The notes under the pieces were generated by a model that was not told the DNA's origin, searched no databases, and was given only the letters and a program-made list of their open reading frames with translations. Source: an uncultured virus (IMG/VR IMGVR_UViG_3300002158_000015) (Duplodnaviria > Heunggongvirae > Uroviricota > Caudoviricetes). From it: 64,000 nt of DNA. Location: IMG/VR virus record IMGVR_UViG_3300002158_000015, one strand, 5' to 3'. Shown one piece after another: positions 1 to 9,509 of this stretch (its first letter is position 1; each line of letters opens with the position of its first letter). Both the position numbers and the translations under genes were made by a program.

Positions 1-282
1 CTAGCCCCGTTTCATCCACCCGGCTACCTTCGCGATGTTCTCGCCAAGCGCCACGCCCCCGATGAAGATCGCTACCAAGGTAACGATGAGCCAGCGGAGA
101 AATTTGCTCACCGCCTTGATGTCGCGGAACATCTTCATGAGACCCTGCACCTCTTCCTTCGGCAAGGTGGAGAGGTACTCCAGCGTCTTCACGTGGTCCG
201 GCTTCAGTTGAGAAAGCATCTCCTGCACTTTCTCATCCAATTCGTTGAACCGCTGCGCTGGTTGGCTGGCTGCATCGTTCAT
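1..282 (-). CDS. Small membrane protein at end of lysis cassette
   Basis: ATG at 282; C-terminal TM helix (WLIVTLVAIFIGGVALG); follows spanins. Confidence 0.65.
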   Translation of the reverse strand: MNDAASQPAQRFNELDEKVQEMLSQLKPDHVKTLEYLSTLPKEEVQGLMKMFRDIKAVSKFLRWLIVTLVAIFIGGVALGENIAKVAGWMKRG

Positions 283-286
283 GTTT

Positions 287-490
287 TCACCGGCAATAGG
301 CGTCACGGCGAGCATTTAGCGCTCGATTGCCCGCGACTGTTTCAGGGGTGTCTTTCGAGGCTGAATAGGTCACGGGCGCCCAGATGGCGCACACGGCCCT
401 ATCGGTTGTCGCGGTTGTACGGGTCATCGTTTGGCAACCTGCTAGGGCGAGCGTTAGCAGCGTCAGCGATGTCCTGAATATGCTTGGCAT
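287..490 (-). CDS. Outer-membrane spanin (Rz1-like lipoprotein)
   Basis: From ATG 490: MPSIFRTSLTLLTLALAG-C lipobox, 67 aa, further Cys residues; overlaps the Rz-like gene in another frame. Confidence 0.8.
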   Translation of the reverse strand: MPSIFRTSLTLLTLALAGCQTMTRTTATTDRAVCAIWAPVTYSASKDTPETVAGNRALNARRDAYCR

Positions 491-641
491 ATGCATCGGC
501 CTCCTTGGCCTTCTGTGCGTTGATTGCGGCGCTGGCGCCTGCCCTACGCTGGCGTAAGCCCCAGCCGATGGCACCAACGATCCCGGCGAGGATTGCGATG
601 ACTGTTGGATGGGCAAGGATGGCCGTGAGAAGCGCTGTCAT
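399..641 (-). CDS. Inner-membrane spanin (Rz-like)
   Basis: N-terminal TM helix then Ala-rich helical segment; downstream of endolysin; overlaps lipoprotein gene. Confidence 0.75.
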   Translation of the reverse strand: MTALLTAILAHPTVIAILAGIVGAIGWGLRQRRAGASAAINAQKAKEADAYAKHIQDIADAANARPSRLPNDDPYNRDNR

Positions 642-811
642 TTCGCTCGTTCCTTATTCGGCACAAGCCACACAAAGGCGGCGGCGATGCCGCTGACCAG
701 ATCGTTTGCGGACTGTTGATCGAGACCGAAGTCGATCCCGTACCGAGACCGAATGCCATTGGCGGAGAGGATCAGGACGGCGATCCAGAATTTGTCTGCG
801 GCGGTGATCAT
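638..811 (-). CDS. Putative holin, 57 aa (not in ORF track)
   Basis: Read by hand: MITAADKFWIAVLILSANGIRSRYGIDFGLDQQSANDLVSGIAAAFVWLVPNKERAK; two hydrophobic segments, basic tail, AGGAG RBS, ATGA overlap with Rz. Confidence 0.7.
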   Translation of the reverse strand: MITAADKFWIAVLILSANGIRSRYGIDFGLDQQSANDLVSGIAAAFVWLVPNKERAK

Positions 812-814
812 GGC

Positions 815-1498
815 TTAGGCTCCTTTGCGGAACAGGTTGAGAAGGGATGCAAAAAAGCCCGGCTTTGAACCGGGCTGGGGAATAGTCACAGAGGCCGTTG
901 GCGGCGTTGGCGGCTTCGGAGGTGCGGGATCAGGCGAAACCGCTTCAGCGGGCGCGGCAGGCCGCAGCGCGCCATAGTATCCGGCATCCGACAGTGCTTT
1001 CTCGAATGCTCGGGCGTAGCCGGCGATCTGAGCCGCCTTGTCCATGCCATTCACGATGCGACGAGCGTTGAGATAGTCGACATAATCGCCGCTGATGTAG
1101 TCATCCAGCTTCTTGCCGGTGAACATGCCCTTGGTCATGCCGTCGAAGATCGCGCGGAGAGCAATTGGCCAAGTCATCATCTGGCCGGGTGTGGTGGCCC
1201 CGAACTTGCGGTGATTGGTCTCCCATGTCACCTGCACCAGCCCTTCGCCTACCCATGGATAGTAGGGCTTGGAACGCAGATACCTTTCGCCGCCACGTTC
1301 CCGGATCGGCTGCATTGTGGCGCCGGTCTCGTGGTAGTCAGTTGCCAGGATGTAGGAGAGATGGCGCATCGGCGTGCCCCGGCGCTCGGCCTCGTCAAGC
1401 ACCTTCTCGACGCCGTCAACCTGCGACTGAGAAAGCGACGTGCCGAAAACGCCAGACGAGCGCATGCGCAACGCCGCGTAGAAACGCGAACGGTCCAT
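815..1498 (-). CDS. Endolysin, GH19/lysozyme-like
   Basis: YILATxxHET and GEGLVQVTW motifs, NARRIVNG; Pro-rich linker and amphipathic C-terminal tail. Confidence 0.85.
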   Translation of the reverse strand: MDRSRFYAALRMRSSGVFGTSLSQSQVDGVEKVLDEAERRGTPMRHLSYILATDYHETGATMQPIRERGGERYLRSKPYYPWVGEGLVQVTWETNHRKFGATTPGQMMTWPIALRAIFDGMTKGMFTGKKLDDYISGDYVDYLNARRIVNGMDKAAQIAGYARAFEKALSDAGYYGALRPAAPAEAVSPDPAPPKPPTPPTASVTIPQPGSKPGFFASLLNLFRKGA

Positions 1499-1584
1499 GT
1501 TCTTTCCTTTGTTATTGCAAGAAGCTGATTTTCGGCTTACTTCTGCCGTTGGCCCGCTGACTAGCGGGGATTGGGGCGCTTGGA

Positions 1585-1767
1585 ATGTCTTTTCTGAAAA
1601 CTGTAATCGACGGGCTGATTCATTTCTTGGGGTTCTTTATCCCCCGGTATTGGGCCGCTGACCTCGAAAACAACCGGTGGCGCCGATGGAACGGACACGC
1701 CTTCGAATACCGTGAAATGACGGCCAATGAGCGCGATGACGCACTTGCCTCTTGGGAAATCCGTTAA
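1585..1767 (+). CDS. Small antisense moron protein
   Basis: 60 aa filling the gap between tail fibre and endolysin on the opposite strand. Confidence 0.5.
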   Translation: MSFLKTVIDGLIHFLGFFIPRYWAADLENNRWRRWNGHAFEYREMTANERDDALASWEIR

Positions 1768-1782
1768 GCGCGATCCCACACG

Positions 1783-3981
1783 TCACGCCAGCCCGCCAAA
1801 CACGATAACGTCAACATCGCCCGAGGCATCGGCCAACGCTCCAGCGTGGTAGCATTTGATTTCAACGTAATTCGTTCCTTTGTTGCCGACGCGCCATTCA
1901 TCAGCCGCCGCATAACCCGACGTTCCTACCTGGTAGTTTACGTTATCCAGAGCCGCAGAGAAGTTGAGGCGATACACTCCCGTCCCGACGTAATTCGCAA
2001 AAGCCACATTGAAACTACCTGTCTTCAATGTAGGGGTAGGAGTAATCCCGCCAGCCGCCGTAACAGCACTCACCAAAGCCGTCGCGCCAGAACCCGTACC
2101 GTTAGCAGTCCCCTTCACCGCAACGAGACGGTTGCTGTCATCGAGGACAATCTGCCTGCCTGCTACGGGGGGCTTTGCTGTGTCATTCGTAAAGACAAGC
2201 GACGCATTCGTCACCGTCTCCCACTGCTTTCCGACCGCCTTCGATTTCGTCAAGGTCAGCCGATCACCGATTGTGAAGCCCGTACCAAACTCGCCGGGGA
2301 TGGCATTCCACCCGATCTGTGCAGTGTCCAGACCGAAGGTCAGAGGGGATAGATTGGCGTCCTCGTAGTGGTTGAAACTCAAGGCAACCGCAGACGACCA
2401 TCCCGAAGTTATCGAGTTGGACGCAATCGTCTGTGTTGACGTCACGTTGTAGGTGCCGACGCCCCCCGGCGTTCCGCTGATCTGGCTGGTGAGCGTGGTG
2501 CCGGCATTCAGCCCCAGCCCCGCATAGGTTCCAACGAGCGTGTGACCGTTCGCGAGTGGATAGGTGTCATCCAGGACCTTGGTGACGGTCATTACGCCGC
2601 CTGCGAAACTGGCCTCCACGACTGCCTTTTCGATCAACCCTTTCTCACCGATCACTAGTGCTCCGGCCAGCCAATTGAAGTAGAGGAAATTGGTATCCTT
2701 GCTGGTAACGGTGACGCGTCCGCAGGACGTTTGCCCCCGGATAATGTCGCCCGCCACAGGCAGGGGAGAACCCCATGCAGCTACGCCCCCACCAACCGAC
2801 ACATAGCCAAAACGCAACACCGCTCCCATCATATAGAAGTTATAGGCGTTAAACCCCGCATAGTTCTGATAGACCCCATAGAACCTGTTCTGGTTCTCAT
2901 CCCGAATAAACGGACCCGACGCTCGCACCGCGCTTTTCCAATGGGGCGCAACGGTTTGGCCGGGGCCGATGTGAGGATAGATGGATGCATTCACGTTCTT
3001 GGCAGTATTTACCACCAAGGCCGGATTGAGTGGGCTATCGAAGGACCATTCGCCCACCAGCCCGCTGCCGGGGTAGTTAGGGAAGCCGGAATTTACGCTT
3101 AGCACATGCGACTCGGACGCGCCTTGCCCTCCCGTAGGCACGCCAACGGTCAGATCGCTGCCGGCACCATATCGGATATACGCAAATGACTGACTGGTAT
3201 TGGCGTTCCAATTGATCGCGTTTGAAGAAAAGCGAACACCGCGCCGAACGTTAAGGTACGCGGCGTAGCCGGGGTTATGGACGCTCATGGCAGCGAGCGC
3301 GGCATTGATAGCATTCGTGCTATCGGTGGCATTATCTGCCACCGTGCCGAACCAGCTATCTTCGTAGTTCGTGAAGTCAAACGACCGCACCCAAGCGCCA
3401 CTTGCACCAGTCGGGGCGCTTGCCGGGGCTATATAGACGCCTTGCGCCGTGTCGGCGGTAACCTGTGCGGACAGGTTGGAACCGTCCCAAAAGAACTGGC
3501 CCTTGCGCCCTGCTTCCGTGAGATAAGCAGAGGTGTCTTTACTCGTATCGAGCGCTCTAAGCGCCGTCCGGTTAGCTACGTAGACCCCAACGGCCATGTT
3601 CTTGCGCGCGTTCGGCATGCTGTTCAAATCTGAAAGGTCGTTGGCCTTGAGCATGTCGCCCGTGCCGGTGCCGGTGAACCCTACGACGGGATTTCGCGGG
3701 TCGGTGTTATTGATGGAAGTGCTTTGTCCCGCCACAATTGTCTGGATGGCGGTATCGGCTTTCGTGCCCTGCGCTGCTGTCGCGAAAAACTCCGTTGCTT
3801 TCTGCGAAGCTGTGTTGAGGTTCAGCGCCGTGATCTTGGTATCGGCTAACGGACCCGCAATGACCTTCACCGCGTCGTCCAAAGTCGCCTTGCCCATGGC
3901 AACTCCGTCGTCCAACAAGACAAGGTTGGTAGGGGCTGGCGTGATCGTCTTCGTTACGGCGCGGATAGGCTTGATCGCCAT
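1783..3981 (-). CDS. Tail fibre / tailspike receptor-binding protein
   Basis: 732 aa Gly/Thr/Ala/Asn-rich; SWFGTVADNATDSTNAINAAL beta-helix-start-like motif; tail-fibre-type C-terminus (GTGVYRLNF). Confidence 0.8.
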   Translation of the reverse strand: MAIKPIRAVTKTITPAPTNLVLLDDGVAMGKATLDDAVKVIAGPLADTKITALNLNTASQKATEFFATAAQGTKADTAIQTIVAGQSTSINNTDPRNPVVGFTGTGTGDMLKANDLSDLNSMPNARKNMAVGVYVANRTALRALDTSKDTSAYLTEAGRKGQFFWDGSNLSAQVTADTAQGVYIAPASAPTGASGAWVRSFDFTNYEDSWFGTVADNATDSTNAINAALAAMSVHNPGYAAYLNVRRGVRFSSNAINWNANTSQSFAYIRYGAGSDLTVGVPTGGQGASESHVLSVNSGFPNYPGSGLVGEWSFDSPLNPALVVNTAKNVNASIYPHIGPGQTVAPHWKSAVRASGPFIRDENQNRFYGVYQNYAGFNAYNFYMMGAVLRFGYVSVGGGVAAWGSPLPVAGDIIRGQTSCGRVTVTSKDTNFLYFNWLAGALVIGEKGLIEKAVVEASFAGGVMTVTKVLDDTYPLANGHTLVGTYAGLGLNAGTTLTSQISGTPGGVGTYNVTSTQTIASNSITSGWSSAVALSFNHYEDANLSPLTFGLDTAQIGWNAIPGEFGTGFTIGDRLTLTKSKAVGKQWETVTNASLVFTNDTAKPPVAGRQIVLDDSNRLVAVKGTANGTGSGATALVSAVTAAGGITPTPTLKTGSFNVAFANYVGTGVYRLNFSAALDNVNYQVGTSGYAAADEWRVGNKGTNYVEIKCYHAGALADASGDVDVIVFGGLA

Positions 3982-3996
3982 GGGGTGGCCTCCATG

Positions 3997-4019
3997 AAAA
4001 AACCCGCCTCGCGGGCGGG
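3997..4019 (-). terminator. Rho-independent terminator
   Basis: CCCGCC/GGCGGG stem followed by T6 on minus strand. Confidence 0.75.
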
Positions 4020-4048
4020 AAGAAACAGCTTCGGGATTTGGGGGAGGG

Positions 4049-4846
4049 CTAGTAGGTAGCCTTGATGATCTTGTTCAGCGCCATTGTGGGCTGAACGTTA
4101 TTGTGAGCGCTTCCACCGCCTGGATTGATCATCACCACGGTAGTGCTGGTCGAAACAGCAGTGATCGGCGTGGCGTTGTACGGAACATTGGCTATATTTG
4201 GCGGGCTCGCTGGCGCTGGCGAGAGTGCCTGCCCCCCGTACAATTGAGAGCCGGCGCCTATGGACGTAGCAGTTGTCGTGGCAGCGTCGTTTGGAATGTT
4301 TGCTGGCAATTGCGCCGCCGTAAGGGAAACGCTTTCGCTGCCTCCGACAGAGCCTAGTCCAGATATGCTGGCCAGTCTGCCGGCAGCCGTACCGCCCATA
4401 TTGTCACGGCCGGCCACCGCGCGCCCGCGTAGATCTGGCACATTGAATGTCGTCGTTCCATCGCCGGTTCCATATGTCGTCCCGATAGCCGCAAACAACG
4501 CGGCATAGGCCGTTCTCGAAACCGCCTGGCCGTAGCAGAGCAGCCATCCATCCGGCGCAATAGAGCCTGCAAAGTCGGCCACCAACCCAATGGGTGCCGA
4601 TGACTGCACCTGCCCGACCGTAGCGGCATTGGTTGCAATCTGGCTGGCCGCAACATTGGTGATCGGGAACGACCCCATGCTAAGCGGGCCGACCATGCCG
4701 TCCCGACCGTCTCTCTTGAGCACAGCCGAAAGAGCGTTGGCGATGTCCTCCAGCACGGGGTTGTGCTGCTCTGTGCGGATCGTCTGCCCTGGAGTAGCCT
4801 TATAGCTAGGGATGAGGCTGAAAGTACCGCCGCTGGCGAAAGGCAT
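4049..4846 (-). CDS. Tail fibre protein with phage tail collar domain
   Basis: PIG..FAG..AP.GWLLC.GQAVSR..YAALFAAIGTTYG.GDG.TTFNVPDLRGR and HNNVQP motifs. Confidence 0.9.
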   Translation of the reverse strand: MPFASGGTFSLIPSYKATPGQTIRTEQHNPVLEDIANALSAVLKRDGRDGMVGPLSMGSFPITNVAASQIATNAATVGQVQSSAPIGLVADFAGSIAPDGWLLCYGQAVSRTAYAALFAAIGTTYGTGDGTTTFNVPDLRGRAVAGRDNMGGTAAGRLASISGLGSVGGSESVSLTAAQLPANIPNDAATTTATSIGAGSQLYGGQALSPAPASPPNIANVPYNATPITAVSTSTTVVMINPGGGSAHNNVQPTMALNKIIKATY

Positions 4847-4918
4847 GGGCGCCTCTCCTGCTTGTGTTTCAGGAATGGGTGTGGGATTCTTGGGGTTTGC
4901 TGGGTATTTGATGTTTCA

Positions 4919-5152
4919 ATGAACCGAGACCGAAAAACTATCGATCACGATCCTGACGAGCCGCCGCGCGATAGGACGGGAAACGGCCTCTATTGGATGG
5001 CCGGCATCTGCGTGTTGCTCGTATGGATAGGCAATTTGCTGGCCGGCAAAATTGACTGGGGTTCCGTTATCTTGGGTGCGCTTACAGGTGGCGTCTTTGC
5101 GATCATCATGATCGAGATAACCGGCAACAAAGCTCCAAAGTGGATGCGCTAG
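4919..5152 (+). CDS. Antisense two-TM membrane protein (moron)
   Basis: ATG 4919, 77 aa with two hydrophobic helices; convergent with ejection gene. Confidence 0.65.
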   Translation: MNRDRKTIDHDPDEPPRDRTGNGLYWMAGICVLLVWIGNLLAGKIDWGSVILGALTGGVFAIIMIEITGNKAPKWMR

Positions 5153-7143
5153 CGTCCTTCCAAAACAGGAAGCGCTCCACCTCTGAGGAGTGACGAGGCG
5201 ATTGCCTGCCTTGTTGCATTGCGTTGTACCGTCTGCTTTGCGGCGGTTAGAACAGCGCGCGCCGCGTTTGGATCGGTTGTCATGAGCGCTTGGCCTACAC
5301 GCTCCAGAACGCCAGGGGGCATTCCCTTGCCTTCGTTGAGGAGTTTACCAACCGCATCCATGATTGCGGCGAGGGGGCGCCCTGAAAACAGTTTCGCCAT
5401 GACAGACGGATCGAATTTCGACATTTCGGCAGCATCGGCCAGATTGTCGGCTGTCTTCGACCCGCCAAGAGCGGCATTCGATGTTTCAAACATGCGCTGT
5501 TCACGGGCAACACGGTTGCCAAGCTGATCGGCCTGCCCCGGCGCGGCAAATTCGGGAAACTCCTGACCCGTCTTGGTTGTCATCAGGCCGCGCGCCTTGT
5601 TCGTGGTTGGCGAGATCGCACCACTCTCAGTTCGCGCAATGAAAGGATCGACATAGCCAGCTCGGAAAGCCGGCTGCTCTTCTGGCGTCATCCCTCGGAA
5701 AGTCGCGATGTTGTCGGCCGCGCGCGAACGTCCCGAAGCGGCATTGCTCCCGGTATCGATAGCGTCGATTGCGCGGCTCTGCTGACGGAACACGTCACGC
5801 GCCTGAGCATAGTTCGGGGATGCCTGCTCAAGCGCATTGTCCAGTGCGTTGCGGATCGGAATTAACTGGCGTTGAACGGCCGGCCTCGCGCCTTCAATCA
5901 TCCCGTCCAATTCCTGTTTGGATCGAAGGGCGGCATTGAAGTCCGACAGATTGGAGCGGCCATCGGTGAAATAGGATCGTGCTCGGCGCACGGCCGCCTC
6001 GATGCTATCGTCAGCGATGTTATTGCCTGGGTTCATCAGGCCCGTTGCGCCCGGCGTCAGAAAGTCATCTGCGGCCTGGATAGCCCTACTGGTGTCAACC
6101 GCGCCTGCGCCTTCGCGCGCCGCGCCATAGTTGGCATTTGCGGTTGCTGTGCGCTGTGCAGATAGTGAGGTGGCGCGCTGTGCAGCCGTATCCGGCGCGG
6201 CGAAGCCTTCCGACAGGAAATTCGATAGGCGCTCTCCCTGCCCCATCTGTCGGCTGGTGAGCGCGTCCACGATCTGTTGCCGTGCTTCATTCGGATTGCG
6301 GACCACAGTTGACAGCATCCGGCCCCCTTGATGCCCGAGGGCATCAGCAACGGTAAACATGCCCTGATCATCGGCATTCGACCGCGCAAGCATGCTGGCA
6401 ATGTCGTCTGTTGACATGCCAGAGCGCCGCACGCCCATTTCTAGTGCCTTATTGGCGTAGCCTTGCGGGTTAAGACGAGCAAGAAGAGGCGCGAGAAATG
6501 GTTTTGCGGTAGCACTTACGCCAGCTATCGCCAGTGGCGCCGCCAAACCGGTCAGACCGCCCAGGCCAGCGCCCCACGCTCCGCCAGATACCCTATTTCC
6601 CTCATCAGCACTGCCGGCCCCGTAGGCCCCTCCACCCACAATTCCATCAACCGTGCTGCCGAGGGCAATTTTGCCGAGAGTGCCACCGCCTTTTATGGCT
6701 GCCTTTGTCGCGAGACCGCCAACGCCCGAAACTCCCTGCGCCAATCCGCCGCCGATCTGCCCGGCAAGATACGAACCTGGGTTTTGCTGCTGAGCCGCTT
6801 TCGCATCGCCGCGCATCTCGGAAAGCACTTGTTCGCGCGGGACGCCGCTAAGCGCGCTGCCGAGATATGAGGCCAGCTCATCGCCCCAACCAAGCGTAGT
6901 CGCATCGGCCGCACCCATGGCGGCGGAGCCTCCACGGCTGTACTGCGGTGTGACTTCGCCGGTCTTAGGGTCGTACCCCTGCACACCGGGCGGAACGAAT
7001 TCCGGCACGCCTCGCGGCTGATTGGTGGCAGGATCTACCTTCGGTGCTGCGAAGGATTGGAAAGCCGATAGCGCAGCTTTCTGGTCCGGCGCGTCGATTT
7101 CGTAGGTCTTGCCGTCAGGGCCTTGGAGTTCAAAAACAGGCAT
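5149..7143 (-). CDS. DNA ejection / internal virion protein (P22 gp16-position)
   Basis: 664 aa Ala/Gly-rich; last of three ejection-type genes. Confidence 0.7.
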   Translation of the reverse strand: MPVFELQGPDGKTYEIDAPDQKAALSAFQSFAAPKVDPATNQPRGVPEFVPPGVQGYDPKTGEVTPQYSRGGSAAMGAADATTLGWGDELASYLGSALSGVPREQVLSEMRGDAKAAQQQNPGSYLAGQIGGGLAQGVSGVGGLATKAAIKGGGTLGKIALGSTVDGIVGGGAYGAGSADEGNRVSGGAWGAGLGGLTGLAAPLAIAGVSATAKPFLAPLLARLNPQGYANKALEMGVRRSGMSTDDIASMLARSNADDQGMFTVADALGHQGGRMLSTVVRNPNEARQQIVDALTSRQMGQGERLSNFLSEGFAAPDTAAQRATSLSAQRTATANANYGAAREGAGAVDTSRAIQAADDFLTPGATGLMNPGNNIADDSIEAAVRRARSYFTDGRSNLSDFNAALRSKQELDGMIEGARPAVQRQLIPIRNALDNALEQASPNYAQARDVFRQQSRAIDAIDTGSNAASGRSRAADNIATFRGMTPEEQPAFRAGYVDPFIARTESGAISPTTNKARGLMTTKTGQEFPEFAAPGQADQLGNRVAREQRMFETSNAALGGSKTADNLADAAEMSKFDPSVMAKLFSGRPLAAIMDAVGKLLNEGKGMPPGVLERVGQALMTTDPNAARAVLTAAKQTVQRNATRQAIASSLLRGGALPVLEGR

Positions 7144-9509
7144 TATTGCTTCACCCTGATTTTGACGCCATTGCCCGCGTCGTTCCAGCCATCGCCGCCG
7201 CTGCTTGGCGCCGAACCGGCATAGCGAGGGTCTACATGTGAAGGATCGATCTTCAGGTCCTGCAGAACTTTCACCGCAGTTTTGTCAAGGAACATCGGTG
7301 CATCCTTGCCCATGACATTGCGATAGCGCTGATTGTATGTCTCGGTTCGGGCCGCTAGCATTTCCAATGCTGAAGTCACAGACGCTTTCAATTGTTCCGG
7401 GCCGCTGCTGCTACTAATTGCTTCTTGCCATGCTTTGACCTGCGACTCCGGTACAGTACCAACACCGTGGAACGCCTTGCCGAGTTCATCGGCGACGCCA
7501 AGTCGATACGTGTTAAAGGACTTTATGTCTGGATCATCGGTGTTCGAGCCATAAATATTCTTGATTGTATTCCATGGTGTGAACCACGTATTCCCGAGCC
7601 TCTCACCGGCCGCGACCATGCCACCCATATGTTTGATTGCGAGGTTGGTAGAACCTGCGAGTTTGGCCATTTCGCCGCTTGTATAGTCTCTCTGAGCGGC
7701 CGCGCGAGCGCCGACCTGTGACATGTCCCATGAAGGATCATAAAGAGATACGAGCTTGGCAAGTTCCTGCCTCTCGCCACCACGAAGAGATGTGACGTTC
7801 CTAATATCAATCCGCCCATCCGCAATGCCCTGCACCTGCGATGCGATAGAGGGGGGCAGTTGCTTCAGGAATTCTCCCTGTGCTGATTTATCTACGACGC
7901 CATCACCGGTCATTCCTACCTGGGGCAGGCTTTCCAGATCGACGGACGACCCGCCCACTTTCGCCGCTGCTGCCGGAGTGGGTGAAGTAAGCCACCTGTC
8001 GCTGTTCGGGTTGTAGATCGCGCCACCACCCGCGTTAATAAGCGGCTGACCATACTGCGCTTCACGTCGGGCTTTCTCAATCTGCGCCTGCCGCAACGGA
8101 TCGCGAGCGTTCGCCTGCTCCTGATATTGCTGCTGGAAAACCCAATTGTTTCGGGCGGCCTGCGCCTGCGCCGTCGCCTGCTGCTGCTGCATCTGCTGCC
8201 CCAGAAGCATACCGGCGATACGCTTCGTCTGATCATCAGCGTAGGGGCTCGAAAGGGCTTCGATAATCGCTGGGTTGAAACCTTGAGACTGCCCCGGCTG
8301 ATACACGCCGGCATTGCCGCCGGCAGTAACAGGGACGCGGGAAAGGTCTTGCCCGGTGAGGGCCTGCACAACCGTCTCCGGCGCGGTGGTGGCCGTTTGT
8401 GTCGCGCTGGCAGGCGCTCCCTGCATCGGCATAGGAGAACCGCCCGTCATCGAAGCCGGATCAGTCATCCGATCAATGAAGCCGGATTGTGCCGGACCCG
8501 ATGCCAGCGGCCCCGGCTGCATTGCAATAGGGGTCGCGTTTGCCATCGTCAGACGGTCGCCCTTACCGGATAGCGCGGCGGCAACATCAATGGGCAGTTT
8601 AGGAGGCGTGTAAGGTTGGCCGATCTGGCTTAGCGTTGGCTGCAACTCAGCCTGCTTCTGCGCGCGCTCTTCTGCTGATAGGGGTTGACCAGTGAACGGA
8701 ACGCCAATGTTCGCGTCTAAACTGGCGACTTGAACAGGATCGCCACCAGTCGCCAGATATCGGCGCTCGCGGGCCGCGCGATGCTCTTCGGCCGGGCGAA
8801 GGAATTGATTGACGATGGCTGCTGCTGCACTGCCAGTGTTGGGCGCGGCGGCGATGGTCTGATATGCTTTGGCTTCAGGCCCCTGAAGCTCCGACATGAG
8901 ATAATCAAGCTGAGTGCCTGTGTCAGAAACTGGGGCGCCGCGCTGTGCAGCATATGCCTCAAGCGCCCTACGGCGAGGCCCTGTCCACTGAGCAAGGCCA
9001 AATCCACCACGGGAACCGGCAACAACCGGGTTTTGCTCATTCACGCCCGGATTAAGGCCGCTTTCGTCCTGAAAATTCATCACGAAGGCATCGGCCACCT
9101 GAGGGGACATGCCGCGATCAACAAGACCTTGCTTGATGTCCGCTGCGTTGTCACCAAAGGCGGTTTTCACGCGGGCATCGGCATAGTCCCCAGCCAAAGG
9201 GACGTTTGTTCCATTAGGAGCCGCCGGGAATTGCTGTCCGCCTGCGCCCGATAGCATCCGAGCGACAATATCGCGGGAGGTTTCGGCATTGGCCGCTTCG
9301 GCCTGATTGGTGCGATAATCACCATACGCGCCAACGGCGGCGTTCGCCACTCGCGCAAGTCCCTGCCACGGGCTGGCGATGGGCGAGAAGTCAACGCCTT
9401 TGCCCATAAGGGCGGCGGCCATCTCCCGGTCGCGTGCAATCTGCTCGGGCGTCTTGCGAGCGCCACCCGCACCCCAAACGAAGGGGTTGGCGATGTCTTG
9501 TAGGGCCAT
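7143..9509 (-). CDS. Ejection protein with phage tail lysozyme domain
   Basis: NFQDESGLNP...GGFGLAQWTGPRR...TQLDYLMSEL motif; Gln/Ala-rich. Confidence 0.8.
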   Translation of the reverse strand: MALQDIANPFVWGAGGARKTPEQIARDREMAAALMGKGVDFSPIASPWQGLARVANAAVGAYGDYRTNQAEAANAETSRDIVARMLSGAGGQQFPAAPNGTNVPLAGDYADARVKTAFGDNAADIKQGLVDRGMSPQVADAFVMNFQDESGLNPGVNEQNPVVAGSRGGFGLAQWTGPRRRALEAYAAQRGAPVSDTGTQLDYLMSELQGPEAKAYQTIAAAPNTGSAAAAIVNQFLRPAEEHRAARERRYLATGGDPVQVASLDANIGVPFTGQPLSAEERAQKQAELQPTLSQIGQPYTPPKLPIDVAAALSGKGDRLTMANATPIAMQPGPLASGPAQSGFIDRMTDPASMTGGSPMPMQGAPASATQTATTAPETVVQALTGQDLSRVPVTAGGNAGVYQPGQSQGFNPAIIEALSSPYADDQTKRIAGMLLGQQMQQQQATAQAQAARNNWVFQQQYQEQANARDPLRQAQIEKARREAQYGQPLINAGGGAIYNPNSDRWLTSPTPAAAAKVGGSSVDLESLPQVGMTGDGVVDKSAQGEFLKQLPPSIASQVQGIADGRIDIRNVTSLRGGERQELAKLVSLYDPSWDMSQVGARAAAQRDYTSGEMAKLAGSTNLAIKHMGGMVAAGERLGNTWFTPWNTIKNIYGSNTDDPDIKSFNTYRLGVADELGKAFHGVGTVPESQVKAWQEAISSSSGPEQLKASVTSALEMLAARTETYNQRYRNVMGKDAPMFLDKTAVKVLQDLKIDPSHVDPRYAGSAPSSGGDGWNDAGNGVKIRVKQ

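Noticed and set aside
1783..3981. Diversity-generating retroelement target in the tail fibre
   Set aside because: No reverse transcriptase and no template/variable repeat pair seen in the window
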